Shown here: positions 1-13,890 of the stretch, one piece after another
Layout: every line of letters begins with the position of its first letter
Position numbering within the stretch: the first letter of the stretch is position 1
Assembly (NCBI GenBank): GCA_965235115.1
Contig: OZ249442.1
Location: 13,888,001-13,952,000, forward strand
Length of the DNA: 64,000 bases
From: Laetmonice hystrix
Taxonomy: Eukaryota
Reading direction: 5' to 3'
The notes under the pieces: model-generated
What the model was told of the DNA's origin: nothing
Database searches by the model: none
Seen by the model: the letters and a program-made list of their open reading frames with translations, nothing else
Position numbers and translations under genes: made by a program

Positions 1-533
1 CGCCTTTTGTTTATACAGGGCAGGTTCTTGGAGCTCGGTTAGCAGCGCCGATTTTACGGGGGGGCTCCTGAAATAGGCGGACGGTCGTGTCGCTGTCAGG
101 TCATCGGGCAAGATGAGCTGGAGAACTGACGAGTTGGCCACCGTGTAGACAGGCCGTGGGCCTCGCCATCTTGTTTGGACTTTGTCACAGAACTGACAGC
201 GACAGGCGGTGGTCTGTGATCGGTCTGCAGGCTGGCTGGTTGGCCGGCTGGTCGGCCGGCTGGTCGGTGGGGGATCACCCTCCTTCTCCCGTCTCCCCTT
301 ACTTACCCCACTGCCCACCATTCACCCCCACGCCCACACCCACACCCACACCCCACGGCAACCCTACACACCCTCACACTTGTTCAATGCCACTCTCGCC
401 CTGTTTTCTCTGCTCGGTAAAATGTTGATTTAACAGTTAGAACGTGTAACAAGATTCACGGTCTGGTGGTGATGGTCAAAGCAAACCTCACACCTGGCCG
501 GCGGAAAACTTTCTCATCGCAGCGCAGTCTGTG

Positions 534-950
534 CATAGAGTCTATGTTCAATATAGACTCTATGGTCTGTGGGCGAGGGTGCGAGTACGCACGAGTACAT
601 TGCGATCACTACTCGCGACAAAATCCCGCGAGTAGCCGCGAGTAGGTGTGATCTGCGATAAATTGATCCCACACTTTGCGATCGGTCGCGAGTATCCAGT
701 ACGAGTTTAGAGATTCCACACTGAAAGGTCAAGGACTCTCAAGAACTCTCTAGCAACTCGAGACTCGCAGGGTTTGCGAGCACCTCGAATGTACTTCGCG
801 ATGGCTGTTGCGAGTGCTTGCGAGCGCTTGGTACCACTTGCGGTAATCGCACGGATTTTGAACATGTTGAAAACTTAGCAATCACTAGCGAGACCCAGAT
901 CGCAAGCTTGTCCTCGAGCGCGTCCTCGCAAACTAGGCGAGTGCTCGCAG
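534..950. mobile_element. Possible non-autonomous DNA transposon fragment (CpG/TCGCGA-rich)
   Basis: Perfect 12-bp hairpin catagagtctat/atagactctatg (534-564), then about 380 bp dense in gcga/tcgc motifs, ending where the minisatellite begins. No TIR pair or TSD found. Confidence 0.3.
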
Positions 951-952
951 CT

Positions 953-2563
953 CTCCCCTGCCCAGACCCCATAGGTTGCTTACACAGAGTGTGCCCATCT
1001 CCCTTGCCCAGACCCCATACCCTCAGGTTGCTTACACAGAGTGTGCCCATCTGCCCAGACCCCATACCCTCAGGTTGCTTACACAGAGTGTACCCATCTC
1101 CCCAGACCCCATACCCTCAGGTTGCTTACACAGAGTGTGCCCATCTGCCCAGACCCCACCCTCAGGTTGCTTACACAGAGTGTGCCCATCTGCCCAGACC
1201 CCACCCTCAGGTTGCTTACACAGAGTGTGCCCATCTGCCCAGACCCCATACCCTCAGGTTGCTTACACAGAGTGTGCCCATCTGCGCAGACCCCACCCTC
1301 AGGTTGCCTACACAGAGTGTGCCCATCTGCCCAGACCCCATACCCTCAGGTTGCTTACACAGAGTGTGCCCATCTGCCCAGACCCCATACCCTCAGGTTG
1401 CTTACACAGAGTGTGCCCATCTCCCCTGCCCAGACCCCATACTCTCAGGTTGCTTACACAGAGTGTGCCCATCTGCCCAGACCCCACCCTCAGGTTGCTT
1501 ACACAGAGTGTGCCCATCTGCCCAGACCCCATACCCTCAGGTTGCTTACACAGAGTGTGCCCATCTGCCCAGACCCCATACCCTCAGGTTGCTTACACAG
1601 AGTGTGCCCATCTCCCCTGCCCAGACCCCATACCCTCAGGTTGCTTACACAGAGTGTGCCCATCTGCCCAGACCCCATACCCTCAGGTTGCTTACACAGA
1701 GTGTGCCCATCTGCCCAGACCCCACCCTCAGGTTGCTTACACAGAGTGTGCCCATCTCCCTTGCCCAGACGCCATACCCTCAGGTTGCTTAGACAGAGTG
1801 TGCCCATCTGCCCAGACCCCATACCCTCAGGTTGCTTACACAGAGTGTGCCCATCTCCCTTGCCCAGACCCCATACCCTCAGGTTGCTTACACAGAGTGT
1901 GCCCATCTGCCCAGACCCCACCCTCAGGTTGTTTACACAGAGTGTGCCCATCTGCCCAGACCCCATACCCTCAGGTTGCTTACACAGAGTGTGCCCATCT
2001 GCCCAGACCCCATACCCTCAGGTTGCTTACACAGAGTGTGCCCATCTGCCCAGACCCCATACCCTCAGGTTGCTTACACAGAGTGTGCCCATCTGCCCAG
2101 ACCCCATACCCTCAGGTTGCTTACACAGAGTGTGCCCATCTCCCCTGCCCAGACCCCATACTCTCAGGTTGCTTACACAGAGTGTGCCCATCTCCCCTGC
2201 CCAGACCCCATACCCTCAGGTTGCTTACACAGAGTGTGCCCATCTCCCCTGCCCAGACCCCATACCCTCAGGTTGCTTACACAGAGTGTGCCCATCTGCC
2301 CAGACCCCACCCTCAGGTTGCTTACACAGAGTGTGCCCATCTGCCCAGACCCCATACCCTCAGGTTGCTTACACAGAGTGTGCCCATCTGCCCAGACCCC
2401 ATACCCTCAGGTTGCTTACACAGAGTGTGCCCATCTGCCCAGACCCCATACCCTCAGGTTGCTTACACAGAGTGTGCCCATCTGACCAGACCCCACCCTC
2501 AGGTTGCTTACACAGAGTGTGCCCATCTGCCCAGACCCCATACCCTCAGGTTGCTTACACAGA
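953..2563. repeat. Minisatellite, about 47-bp unit (44-53 bp variants), about 34 copies
   Basis: Unit gcccagaccccataccctcaggttgcttacacagagtgtgcccatct. Confidence 0.97.
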
Positions 2564-4365
2564 TTACCAATGACCTCCACAGACTTCTATAAACTATTGA
2601 GACCACATACTTGTGGCGACGTCTAGTGACGGGCACAGACTTTGGCCGGGAACACATAATGTTCCCGACATGGCAGTCGACGTAATAACATGGGTGAAGG
2701 ATGAGGAGGGGTGCGCAGTCCGAGGACGACAGACGGGCCGGAGGGGGGGGGGGGGGGTATGGGGTCGGGGGTGGAAGTCGATGGGGGGTAGATTCCATGG
2801 TTGCATAAGATATATGAGAAAAGGGGACTGATTTCAACATTTCTATTCTGAGAATCCGAAATTTTCAAAATTTATATAAAAAGAATATGTAATGAAAGCG
2901 CGTAAGTTTACATTGTGAATAGAGTTTAAATACATAACAGTGACAATGTTTATATAATCAATGAGGCATGATGAAACTGACGATGATATAGATTGAGAGA
3001 TAGTTCTTGTAGTATACACGTATATGCCTACATACCCTTGCACATTTACTTATGTATATTGGAACCTATAATATAGCAGTAGCACGTTATCCATATCGTC
3101 CGCCACACCGTATCCGTTCAAACCATTACTGAAGCGTTCACGAGACGATGTTCCAGACGAGAATCCCAACAAATTAAAACTCTGAAAAGAGCAAAAACAA
3201 ACGGGCGTGCATGGTACAGGCAGGTTCCACTTTCAAAGCCTTCTTTACATTTTTTTACATACAAAAAAGTCGCGAACATGTGCCATAACTTATCAGCACG
3301 ACTTGTTTCGAAATCGCACATGATTCTCTTTCGCCTTGGTTGGTGGGATGACGAGGGCGGAGTCGGACATATGGCTTACCTGCTGCGCTCTGCAGCCTTC
3401 TCATGTTCGTATTGCATACATCGGCATGCATTCTCGTGCCTTGCACGTGCATCTGCATGAGTGCAGCGTGGTTTGATCAGAATCCGGTAGTAATACGTCA
3501 TAATTACCTCAGTCATGTGAGCAGGTTACACGTGCGCCCTCTATAGGCTGATTATAGAACCACACAGGCACCTCCGCCATGAGCCGGCAGATGCCATTTC
3601 CATTATTCGGGCGTATAGAATACATTGATTACAGTAGTGTAGAGACCTATACTGAGCTGCAGAATTAGTACAAATAATTTGTTCATTTGATGTGGAAGAT
3701 GGCTGCGGTTTAGGATAAATCTGTACTTGACATTATACATTTATTTCGTCCAATAAACTGAAGTCAATAACATAAAGGACCTATATCGTCAGTGATATTT
3801 TGCCCACGTTCGTAAAAACAATTTAAGGGAGATTTCATCGGGCATCATCCATATGCCATACCGTATTCTAACGTTTAGAAGTTATTCCCCTGTATTTAGT
3901 GAGCATATTATTAGGGTGCACGGTGTGGGCTTATGGTCGTGTTGTGATATATATATAATTTCTGTTCCTTTCCTGAAGAACCATTCAGAGGTAGTTTTAC
4001 AAAGTGCAACTCATTTTGTATGACCTTACATTACCTCTTTTACCTAATACCCATGACGTATATCAAGGGTAAACCTAAATACCCGACCAGCGGTGAGAGT
4101 ATACGGGTATAAGCTACCCCATTAACCTGCTCACCCCGGCTCCCGTGTCTCGGTAATGTCCCACCCAGTAATGTTTATAGACTGCGCGCCTGTTCCTAGA
4201 CCCGCTCCTGTAAACAGGTGATGGAAGCCAGATCGCCGTTACCATGGCAACCAACAGGTGAAGGTGTCGTCTTGACGAGCTTGGAGACATTTGCTGCAAG
4301 ATTCTTGAGGCCAATCTGGCATAAGGATCCGCGCTTAATACTTGTTAGTATTTTAGCAACACCTG

Positions 4366-4542
4366 GGCCCGTTTGTTAGTTTGTCATTTTACCAATCTTA
4401 AGACTGGAATTTTAAGACTGACTTGTGTTATGGTCTCTCATTGGTTGACTTCATTTGAAGGACCAATCAGAAGCTCAGAAACAAAAGTTCAGTCTTAAGA
4501 TTTGAATCTTAAGACTTGGTTTGCAAACTAAAAACCAGGGCC
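4366..4542. mobile_element. MITE-like element with imperfect terminal inverted repeats
   Basis: Left ggcccgtttgttagtttg versus reverse complement of right end ggccctggtttttagtttg; subterminal tcttaaga/ttttaaga motifs on both arms; TSD unclear. Confidence 0.4.
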
Positions 4543-5463
4543 TGGGCACTGTTATAAAGGGTTAACACGTATCATATTTAATATTCGGTACTGCTCGTGC
4601 ACCAAGAATAACAGAAGTTACTTTGCTGTAGTCAAAGTGTTATGTTCAATGTGGTGTAGGCCTACATGTACATGTATATGTTTTGATTGTTTCTCGACCA
4701 ACATGTAAGTATTAATACGGTTCTTGTCCTGTATATTGTGAGAGACAGGATTTGTGTTGTCATGGTTTGGAAGGTATTTTAATCTCATTAAAAGGTCAAC
4801 ATTCCGTCGATGCGAGCGGCCAAGTCCAGATCACTGGCGCTATCGTTGACGTTCCGTAGCTGGTGTTCGTCCGTCTGTTTACTGTAGCAATTAGTGGAGG
4901 TGATGGACGAACGGTCAGTCGACGGGGAAGACGTTCTGGTGGGACAACGGTCTCCGTCCATTTCTCACGCAGTCTCGCTCAAAGTGCGCCACCCGCCAAC
5001 GTCCGATCGTCTGCTTTTAGCGACCTGCTGACACCACGTGACTGGTCCCATTTTCACGAACACGCCGCGGCGGCTTGTAGCCGTCGATTCGATCTGTCAC
5101 CAGCCCGATTTCCACCTGAAACAGGGGGTTAAAACGTCCGCCCCATCTTCAGTTGTCATTATACGACATGAAACGCAGCGCGAACGCGTCATTCTCGCCT
5201 GGGAACGAGACTCCGCGGGATTCTCAGCGCCCCCTACCGACAAACTAAACTGCGACAAATTGGCGCGGCAATTCGGGAGGACGTAGGTGGAGGTTATTCG
5301 AAACCAGTTGGTTCCATGTTCAGGTCATCCTGTCAGCCGCTGGGGTGCTGCAGTTCAGTGATGCTCACTGCCGGAATTCAAACTGCTTTCTAACATCGTC
5401 TTTAATACTCAATACACGTGAATAAATCACATCTCGATGACGGCTTCCTGTTCAGGGTCGGCC

Positions 5464-5908
5464 GTCAGGGTGTAGGCACTGGTTGTCAGGGTGTAGGCAC
5501 TGGTTGTCAGGGTGTAGGCACGGGTTGTCAGGGTGTAGGCACGGGTGTCAGGGTGTAGGCACTGGTTGTCAGGGTGTAGGCACGGGTTGTCAGGGTGTAG
5601 GCACGGGTGTCAGGGTGTAGGCACTGGTTGTCAGGGTGTAGGCACGGGTTGTCAGGGTGTAGGCACGGGTTGTCAGGGTGTAGGCACGGGTTGTCAGGGT
5701 GTAGGCACTGGTTGTCAGGGTGTAGGCACGGGTGTCAGGGTGTAGGCACGGGTTGTTAGGGTGTAGGCACGGGTTGTCAGGGTGTAGACACGGGTGTCAG
5801 GGTGTAGGCACGAGTGTCAGAGTGTAGGCACGGGTTGTTAGGGTGTAGGCACGTGTTTCCAGGGTGTAGGCACGGGGTGTCAGGGTGTAGGCATGGGTTG
5901 TCAGGGTA
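5464..5908. repeat. Minisatellite, 20-21-bp unit, about 21 copies
   Basis: Unit gtcagggtgtaggcac(t/g)ggtt. Confidence 0.96.
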
Positions 5909-6971
5909 GGCTATTTGTGTCAAGAAGGTATAGAGATCCGATGTTTAAAAAGAATACCAACCCTTTACTATACAGAGAAGCTCATTTGGTTTTTTTTGTT
6001 GGAGAAAAGGCGGCGATGTCTCTGGACTGCATAAAGGTCCTAGGCCTAGTAAGAATTGCTGGGGAGGTGGAGGGATGCTCAAAAGTTGCAAAGCAAGTGT
6101 AGATGCAAGAAAGTACCTTCAGAGTGTAGATCAAATGTCCATGTTATTGCGGGAATATAGACAGTTTCCTCCCATCCCTCATACAGAACCCCACAAGTGA
6201 ATCACGACGTTATAGGTCCACATTACGACCCCCACATGCCCAGCCTGTATCCATCTTTTCTGGACACCTTGTTTATGTTTATGTCATCCAGCCCATTTTA
6301 CCCTTCCCGCTCCTCGGCCCAGACGACCCCTTCCTACCACATGTTGGCGCCCTGCCCCACAGCCTAATGACAGCCACCAATATAAATGATCGGCTTATGT
6401 TCGATCGCTCCATCGAGTCGGCTCGAGGCAGTCGTGTGTCTCACTTGGCCACATGTGTCCGCCCCGCCAGATCACCATTCATTTGTTTGTCGATGCACTT
6501 GTATATTTTGAAGGAACGATCTTCAAGCTATTCTGGTTCCGTGCTGGAAGTGTTAATTACTGATAGGATGGCGACAGGCTGCCGTAGCCACTCGTGTGGA
6601 TGGATACATGGCTATAGCATATACAAACAGGCGGCCAATTTGAATGAGCTACCACGTGTTTTTCTCCTGAATGCACTGAACCGCCTCAGCATCACCATAT
6701 GGCAAGAATGATGTACAACTTTACGACAGTCACTATGTTGCTTCCTTGCTTGGACAGTGAAGCGTGAATCGACAAGCAAGACTGCAACGAACTACACTCT
6801 CCTAATTTTAGGTGTCACGTACGTTCTTCTGACGACCCCGAAAACCGTGCATTAATTTTGTTTTGCTGGGAATCATAAACTCTACGCGATCAGACCATTT
6901 GTATGCACCTTATCATCCAAAGGATCCCATGGCATATAGTATTATAAGTCCTAAAGTTGATAAGCAAGCGG

Positions 6972-7176
6972 CACGTGACATATCGCAAAGATCAGATCTC
7001 CATCCGCTGGCCCACGTGACATATCACAAAGACCAGATCTCCATCCTCTGGCCCACGTGACATATCACAAAGACCAGATCTCCATCCTCTGGTCCACGTG
7101 ACATATCACAAAGACCAGATCTCCATCCTATGGTCCACGTGACATATCACAAAGACCAGATCTCCACCCTCTGGTC
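6972..7176. repeat. Minisatellite, 41-bp unit, 5 copies
   Basis: Unit cacgtgacatatcacaaagaccagatctccatcctctggcc, starting at 6972, 7013, 7054, 7095, 7136. Confidence 0.95.
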
Positions 7177-7280
7177 CCTAGATCAGTATCAGCTATAGAT
7201 CTACGAGCTCGCTCTGAGGACAGAACAACACCTACAACACGTGGCCGTGTATACCTATTAACGAGGACCACTCTTACTTA

Positions 7281-7343
7281 ACTTCACTTATCTAATTAAG
7301 GCACTCAGTAGACTTCACTTATCTAATTAAGGACACTCAGTAG
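7281..7343. repeat. Short direct duplication (31-32 bp x2)
   Basis: acttcacttatctaattaagg(a)cactcagtag twice. Confidence 0.85.
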
Positions 7344-8250
7344 CGGGGCGAGAACCTGCACGTGGGGGTGGAGGGCATGGGAGGGGGGGGGGGCTTTTTG
7401 CTTGGGACCTCCTACCAGCTAAATTACAACTATGTTTACTTAGCATACAACATTTTACATTTTTCGTGCATGCAAACTTGTGCCTTCTATTTTTCCTTTC
7501 CAACATTAATATGACAACATTTTCCTTCTTGAATCGGCAAACCCTTTCTATTCTGATGATAAAACGTGAAGAATAGGCCTACTCCATTAGGCTTTTGTGG
7601 ACTTTTTTCTATAGGCCTAGACCAGGCGCACAGGAGTGCTATAGGCCTACTTATTTCTATTTTAACATTCTTGATAAACACTTTTCGCTGACATTCTCAG
7701 GTAGAGTCCGTCAACATGGGCCCACTATTCTAGAGGTCTATTCATAGATTTGTAAGTTTGGTGTCGTCTGCTCGCCCCATGGCCGCCAAGCGTCTCCGTG
7801 TCTTGAGTTCCCATTGGCTGCCTTGTTACGACAACCCTGCCATCCATTAATCACGGTATCTCAGAAATAATTACCACAGGTTTAACCATTAACCGACGAG
7901 AACGTCTGGTACACGTTCAAGGATCGACACGTGCGAATGAAACCCTCCGTGACCGTACGCAGTCAGCCGTATCATTGGGCGGAAAACGAACGCCCAGTCA
8001 CAACACACGGAACGCATCTGAAGAAGTTTAAAAGGATCCGTTGCTTTCATTGTAATTAATGACCTCCTCTGCGGTGATGATTAGGGTCGACTTGTGAAGA
8101 CGCCGCCCATAGCGGGACCGCTTGAGGCATTACAAATATTTGGCGTGATGACGAGAGCACATGTACTGATGACGTCATAATGAGAGCCTTTCGGCCGGTG
8201 TCTCAGGGATAAACATCGCCGACACAGCGAACGTCATTATGACCTGGTGG

Positions 8251-8264
8251 CCGGTAGAGGGCGC
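8251..8264 (+). promoter_or_regulatory. CTCF-like motif
   Basis: ccggtagagggcgc, 13/14 to CCASYAGRKGGCRS. Confidence 0.45.
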
Positions 8265-8670
8265 TGTCCCACGCCGCCAGCGCCATCACACGGCCATCAC
8301 GGGTCCTGTGGGACAGCAGCGCCACGTGGCGGCGAGAAATCAATGTTATCAGTGGTAATAGAATGATAAACAGATGGAGAATGATTCGGGATGATCCAAT
8401 CGAAGAGTTTACCACATTAACTTACGTCTGCAGGGTGCGCTTGATGTGTGGAACCTATAGGCATAGGCCTATTATAGCCTAATAGGGTGTGTGTGTGTGG
8501 GGGGGGGGGGGGGGTTAGGTAATGGACACTGATAGAGGTTCAGCTAATTACATTGTATAGCGAATCACTGCTTCCTGTACTTACAGGACATCATAGGGAT
8601 TTGTGACAAATGGTTTCTATGCATTGTTACCTTTTAATATGGGGATGGCATGAACCGTGAGCCTACTAGG

Positions 8671-8731
8671 ATGAATGAATGAATGAATGAATGAATGAAT
8701 GAATGAATGAATGAATGAATGAATGAATGAA
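8671..8731. repeat. (ATGA)n microsatellite
   Basis: About 15 perfect units. Confidence 0.97.
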
Positions 8732-9353
8732 CGTAGGCCCTGTACCGCGTGCATGTTATGTATACTTGCTATACTAGAAAGTTTTAGGTAGCTACTCTAC
8801 TGGTCAGTCTGGTTATTCCTATGATTATCATAGACACTGCAGAAACATCGAATGCCTACACATGTAGGCCTATATCTGTCTTCAGTTGAACTTGATGAGC
8901 CTTCCTCTTGTAACGGCGGTCAAAGGCTAATTCTATGGTAGCTGATGAGACTGCCGTGTGACGACATTCGGATTAGGGACTATCTAAGATGGATGTCATC
9001 CGGCCCATTGTTATGGTTTCATTGTGATGACTTCATTGCTTATGTTCGTGTATATTGCGAGATACCTGCTATTGTTACATATATTCTGACATATATCACG
9101 GTACATTCAATCATAAGTAGCACACGCCTACTGAAGTCATAATATGCCACTATACCGATACACGAGGTTTGGGTAAAGGAAGGTTTCATGAATGTACAGT
9201 GTTTGAGAGTGCATTATAATTATATACACCCTCTTTATAATAGTATGTTATTAGTGCCACTCGGGCGTGTATTATGGTCAGGTATAACGACACGAACGTC
9301 CACTCATGAGTGGCTCGTGTCCTGCTCCCGTTAATTATCAAACTGATACTGGA

Positions 9354-9450
9354 CACACAAACGGTACACAGGGTCGGCAAATCTGGTCACACAAACGGTA
9401 CACAGGGTCTGCAAATCTGGTCACACAAACGGTACACAGGGTCTGCAAAT
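9354..9450. repeat. 34-bp tandem repeat, about 3 copies
   Basis: cacacaaacggtacacagggtc(g/t)gcaaatctggt at 9354, 9388, 9422. Confidence 0.92.
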
Positions 9451-9489
9451 ATTAGCAGCAAGCAGAGAGGAAGAACGGCAAAAAGAAAG

Positions 9490-9536
9490 GCAGAAAGAAA
9501 GAAAGGCGGAAAAAAGAAGATACAAAGAAACAAGGA

Positions 9537-9596
<60 letters not shown>

Positions 9597-9620
9597 AAAG
9601 GAAAAAAAGAAAGAAAAAAA
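9490..9620. repeat. (GAAA)n microsatellite / purine tract
   Basis: Near-pure GAAA run about 9536-9597. Confidence 0.95.
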
Positions 9621-11280
9621 TTAAAGCAGGTATGATTTTAAACTTCCTGATAAGAACTATAATGATAGACATCGAGGGGAATGAGAATGATAACGTTGGA
9701 AGGTTGAAAGATGTCTTTATAGTCGCCAACATTCCTCTTGAGAAGTTTCCAGATCTGTAGACATACACCGGCCCTTCCATACAGTTCCAAACAGTCGAGC
9801 GCATCTTTCTGCTCGTTGAGACTCAGAGGTGCACTGGATGCTAGGATTGGCTGACACGCCAGCGGGCATGGCATGGCGAACTGCATGTCATTGTTCACCC
9901 CTCGCCTCCCGAGAGGTCAAAGGTCGAGAAACCGGAAACGTTTCATTTTTAACTTTCGGGGCTAAAATTACCCGGCCGCTGGTGTATCGCGCCGCCCGCC
10001 CGGCCAACCCGGCCCGGCCCGCCGCCAGCCCGGAGGTAATGGCACGGGAGGCCCGGCAGATCTGATCGTCTCTACACCTGTGCAGGGTGCAAGGCTTCAC
10101 ACTTGCCACTCATGTCCCGTTAGTTTTGCGACCCATCCTGGCCCAGGGCCTTATCCTGCTAACCTATACCCCCCTCAACCCTCCGCCCCTCACCTGCGCA
10201 TACTCACAACATAGTATTCTAACAAACGTAGCCCTTGGCGCTATACTAACCACAACCACGCGTTTCTTTATCCTTGAATCATTCTCTCAGCCCAGGCAGT
10301 ATACGGGCGGCAAGTCTTGACTTATCATTAATTTAAACGGTCGGCCAGAGGTGCTCGCCCAGTTTCCTCTTATAGCCGTCTCTCTGGACGTATATCGGCC
10401 TATATGGGAAACGTATAGGAGGAGATATTTGACCGCACATGTCCCGAATGAGTTTTTTTTTATTAATGAATTATAAATTCATAATATATATATTTTATGT
10501 AGATCCCTTCTATATGTTTACTCTGAGGTATGAGATGATGACTTCAGCAGCCCCCTCCCCCCCCCACACACACACTTTTGAGATTGGGTCTGCATCCCCC
10601 CTGTCCCTGCATCGCGGTTCCTACACCTATGTCACGCCTTTATAGTATAGGCCTATACTACCATACCTGTCGGAGAATTCAGCAAGGATGCTATGGCGAC
10701 TTCGGCGATTATGACGACACATTTCACAGGGGCAGTTCGGGGGGGGGGGGGGGGGCTGGTGGTGCAATACATAGAGACCTTTACTCTATAATAACCTTAA
10801 CTTAACAAATACTTAACTTTATGTATAAATCAGTGATACCATCCATGACCCCCCCCCCCCCTCCTCTCCGTCTTCAAAAAGTTTTTTTTTAACTCTCATT
10901 ACGCATGCGTGACATGTAAATCGGCGGTGGCCGTAAAACTCGCCGCACACTTCGCTCCGCACGCGCCACATCTTGTACCGGGGCGGACCGCCCCTCCTCC
11001 CCTGCTGGTAGTACCCCCTCCCCTTCCCAACCCCCATACCCCTTCATGACATGCCCCCTGCATACCCCCCTCAGGACAGCCATGTATAGACCCAGCGTAT
11101 AGACAGAGCCCCACCGTTGTCCGTCTCTACGACCGTCATATACAGGGTGACTGTCATGTTAACCTCGTGCCTCTCCCCGGGCCCCGATAAGATGGCGACC
11201 CCCGGCCGTGAGGGCGCATGGCCGCCGCGGGCTGCAGGCTATCGCCGGGGGGCGCGCACTGGTGTCGGGCGGGAGCGGGG

Positions 11281-12425
11281 GCGGGGTGTGCGGGAGGTGG
11301 GTCCGGGCGGGCTGGTCGTCGGGGGGTGTCCGGGCGGGCTGGTCGTGGCGGGGTGTGCGGGAGGAGGGTCCGGGCAGGCTGGTCGGGGCGGGGTGTGCGG
11401 GAGGAGGGTCCGGGCGGGCTGGTCCGGGCGGGGTGTGCGGGAGGAGGGTCCGGGCGGGCTGGTCGTGGCGGGGTGTGCGGGAGGTGGGTCCGGGCGGGCT
11501 GGTCGTGGCGGGGTGTGCGGGAGGTGGGTCCGGGCGGGCTGGTCGTGGCGGGGTGTCCGGGAGGAGGGTCCGGGTGGGCTGGTCCGGGCGGGGTGTGCGG
11601 GAGGTGGGTCCGGGCGGGCTGGTCGTGGCGGGGTGTGCGGGGGGAGGGTCCGGGCGGGCTGGTCGTGGCGGGGTGTGCGGGAGGAGGGTCCGGGTGGGCT
11701 GGTCGTGGCGGGGTGTGCGGGAGGTGGGTCCGGGCGGGCTGGTCGTGGCGGGGTGTGCGGGAGGAGGGTCCGGGCGGGCTGGTCGTGGCGGGGTGTGCGG
11801 GAGGAGGGTCCGGGCGGGCTGGTCGTGGCGGGGTGTGCGGGAGGTGGGTCCGGGCGGGCTGGTCGTGGCGGGGTGTGTGGGAGGAGGGTCCGGGTGGGCT
11901 GGTCATGGCGGGGTGTGTGGGAGGAGGGTCCGAGTGGGCTGGTCGTGGCGGGGTGTGTGGGAGGAGGGTCCGGGTGGGCTGGTCGTGGCGGGGTGTGCGG
12001 AAGGAGGGTCCGGGCGGGCTGGTCGTGGCGGGGTGTGCGGGAGGTGGGTCCGGGCGGGCTGGTCATGGCGGGGTGTGTGGGAGGAGGGTCCGGGCGGGCT
12101 GGTCATGGCGGGGTGTGCGGGAGGAGGGTCCGGGCTGGTCGTGGCGGGGTGTGCGGGAGGGGGGTCCGGGCGGGCTGGTCATGGCGGGGTGTGCGGGAGG
12201 AGGGTCCGGGCGCGCTGGTCGTGGCGGGGTGCGCGGGAGGAGGGTCCGGGTGGGCTGGTCGTGGCGGGGTGTGCGGGAAGTGGGCCCGGGCGGGCTGGTC
12301 GTGGCGGGGTGTGCGGGAGGAGGGTCCGGGCGCGCTGGTCGTGGCGGGGTGTGCGGGAGGAGGGTCCGGGTGGGCTGGTCGGGGCGGGATGTGCGGGAGG
12401 AGGGTCCGGGCGGGCTGGTCGGGGC
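11281..12425. repeat. G-rich minisatellite, 40-bp unit, about 28 copies
   Basis: Unit gggcgggctggtcgtggcggggtgtgcgggaggagggtcc. Confidence 0.97.
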
Positions 12426-13859
12426 ACACGCTTCCTGTGACCGTCATTTCCTGGCACCTGTCCGGGAAGATAAGATCACATACTCTGACGACACGGAGAA
12501 CATCCAGGTATATAATGTCACCAGCTCCTGCCAGGGGCAGGTGAATGCAGGCAGATTGTACCTGAATACATTATCGGCCCAACTCCATGGATAGCCAAGG
12601 AGGACCCTCCAGCCTTCCCGAGAAATAGAAAAATATATATAATCATCACTGCCATATAATACACTGGTTGTCATTAAAGCATCTCATTTTGATTCCAGCT
12701 GACTATATTTAGTGGATAAAGCACTGTCAGAGCCAGTCGAGACGTTGTTATGGCGAAATAATGCACGAGCCGAAGGCGAGTGCATTATATCGCCAGAACA
12801 ACGTCGAGACTGGCTCTGGCAGTGCTTTATTTACTTTAGCACACAACCTATAACTATAAACAATTCAAACAGTGCCAAAACTACACCCAGTTGAGCTTTT
12901 ACCGGCGATTTCATTCAGCAACTGTGGCCACCACATCTTGTTTACATTCTGAGGTCGGGGGGACTCCCACAATGACCTTTGAACCGGCCGATTTGTACCA
13001 CGCTTCACTATTGGTCAATCGTTATCACGTGACTTTCATTGACTATAAAAGGAGCTTTCTGATTGGACGGAACATTAAGGCCATGCATTCAGCAATAGCG
13101 CCATCCCCTCTACTAGGCAAATGGACTCGGCGCGTCATTTAAACGATGTAAACAGAGTTCGCTGTGGGCATATCGAATCGAAACGACCCAACTGAACTAT
13201 ACAGACGGGTTTCTTCTCGTAATTCTATAACAACTGCGAAGTCTCAGCCATTAACACTCCATTAGTTGCTAGTTCTACCTATTGACAACCTTGAAGCGAG
13301 GACAGGCAAACACAATGAATTCGAATGAGCACCCTCTCCGATTGGTCAATTCATGACGCGTCATACCCGTGAATTATGGCTCTAATAATTTCACGGTTTT
13401 GGGCCTATAACACACGCTGGGAGCAGCCAGGCGTGTGCTAAAAGCGTATAACTCCCTTCCCAAAAGAAAACTTGTAAGTTATTTCATATTTTTATTTCTA
13501 ATATTTATTTACAGTGCCACGCCATGCACATGTATACATAGTCCAACTACATGCCTCATACATCCCTGTCCCCCACCAATGAAATTGTTTGCTCTTTTTT
13601 TTCTTTTCTTCGTCCTTTTCTTCTTCTGTTCTTCTTTTTTTCTCTCTCTTTTTCCTATTATTTTCTCCTTTTTTTCTCTTCCTTCTTGTTCTCGTGTCAC
13701 CTCCGAGAGCACCTTCGAAGTACCTATATAGGCCTATATCTGATTTTTTAAAATCTACTAAATAACTTTTTAGAATGAAGACTCAACCTTTTGAGTGATA
13801 TAGAGGTCGGTCGGAAAAGTTTAGATTTGAAGTTTACCAGACTCCTCCCCCCCCCCTTA

Positions 13860-13890
<31 letters not shown>

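Noticed and set aside
818-2592. Long ORFs (324-538 aa) in several frames
   Set aside because: They are translations of the 47-bp minisatellite, which lacks plus-strand stops; no domain or splice support.
11117-12594. Gly/Arg-rich and Pro-rich ORFs of 250-475 aa on both strands
   Set aside because: Products of the 40-bp GC minisatellite; the unit is not a multiple of 3 and all frames are open.
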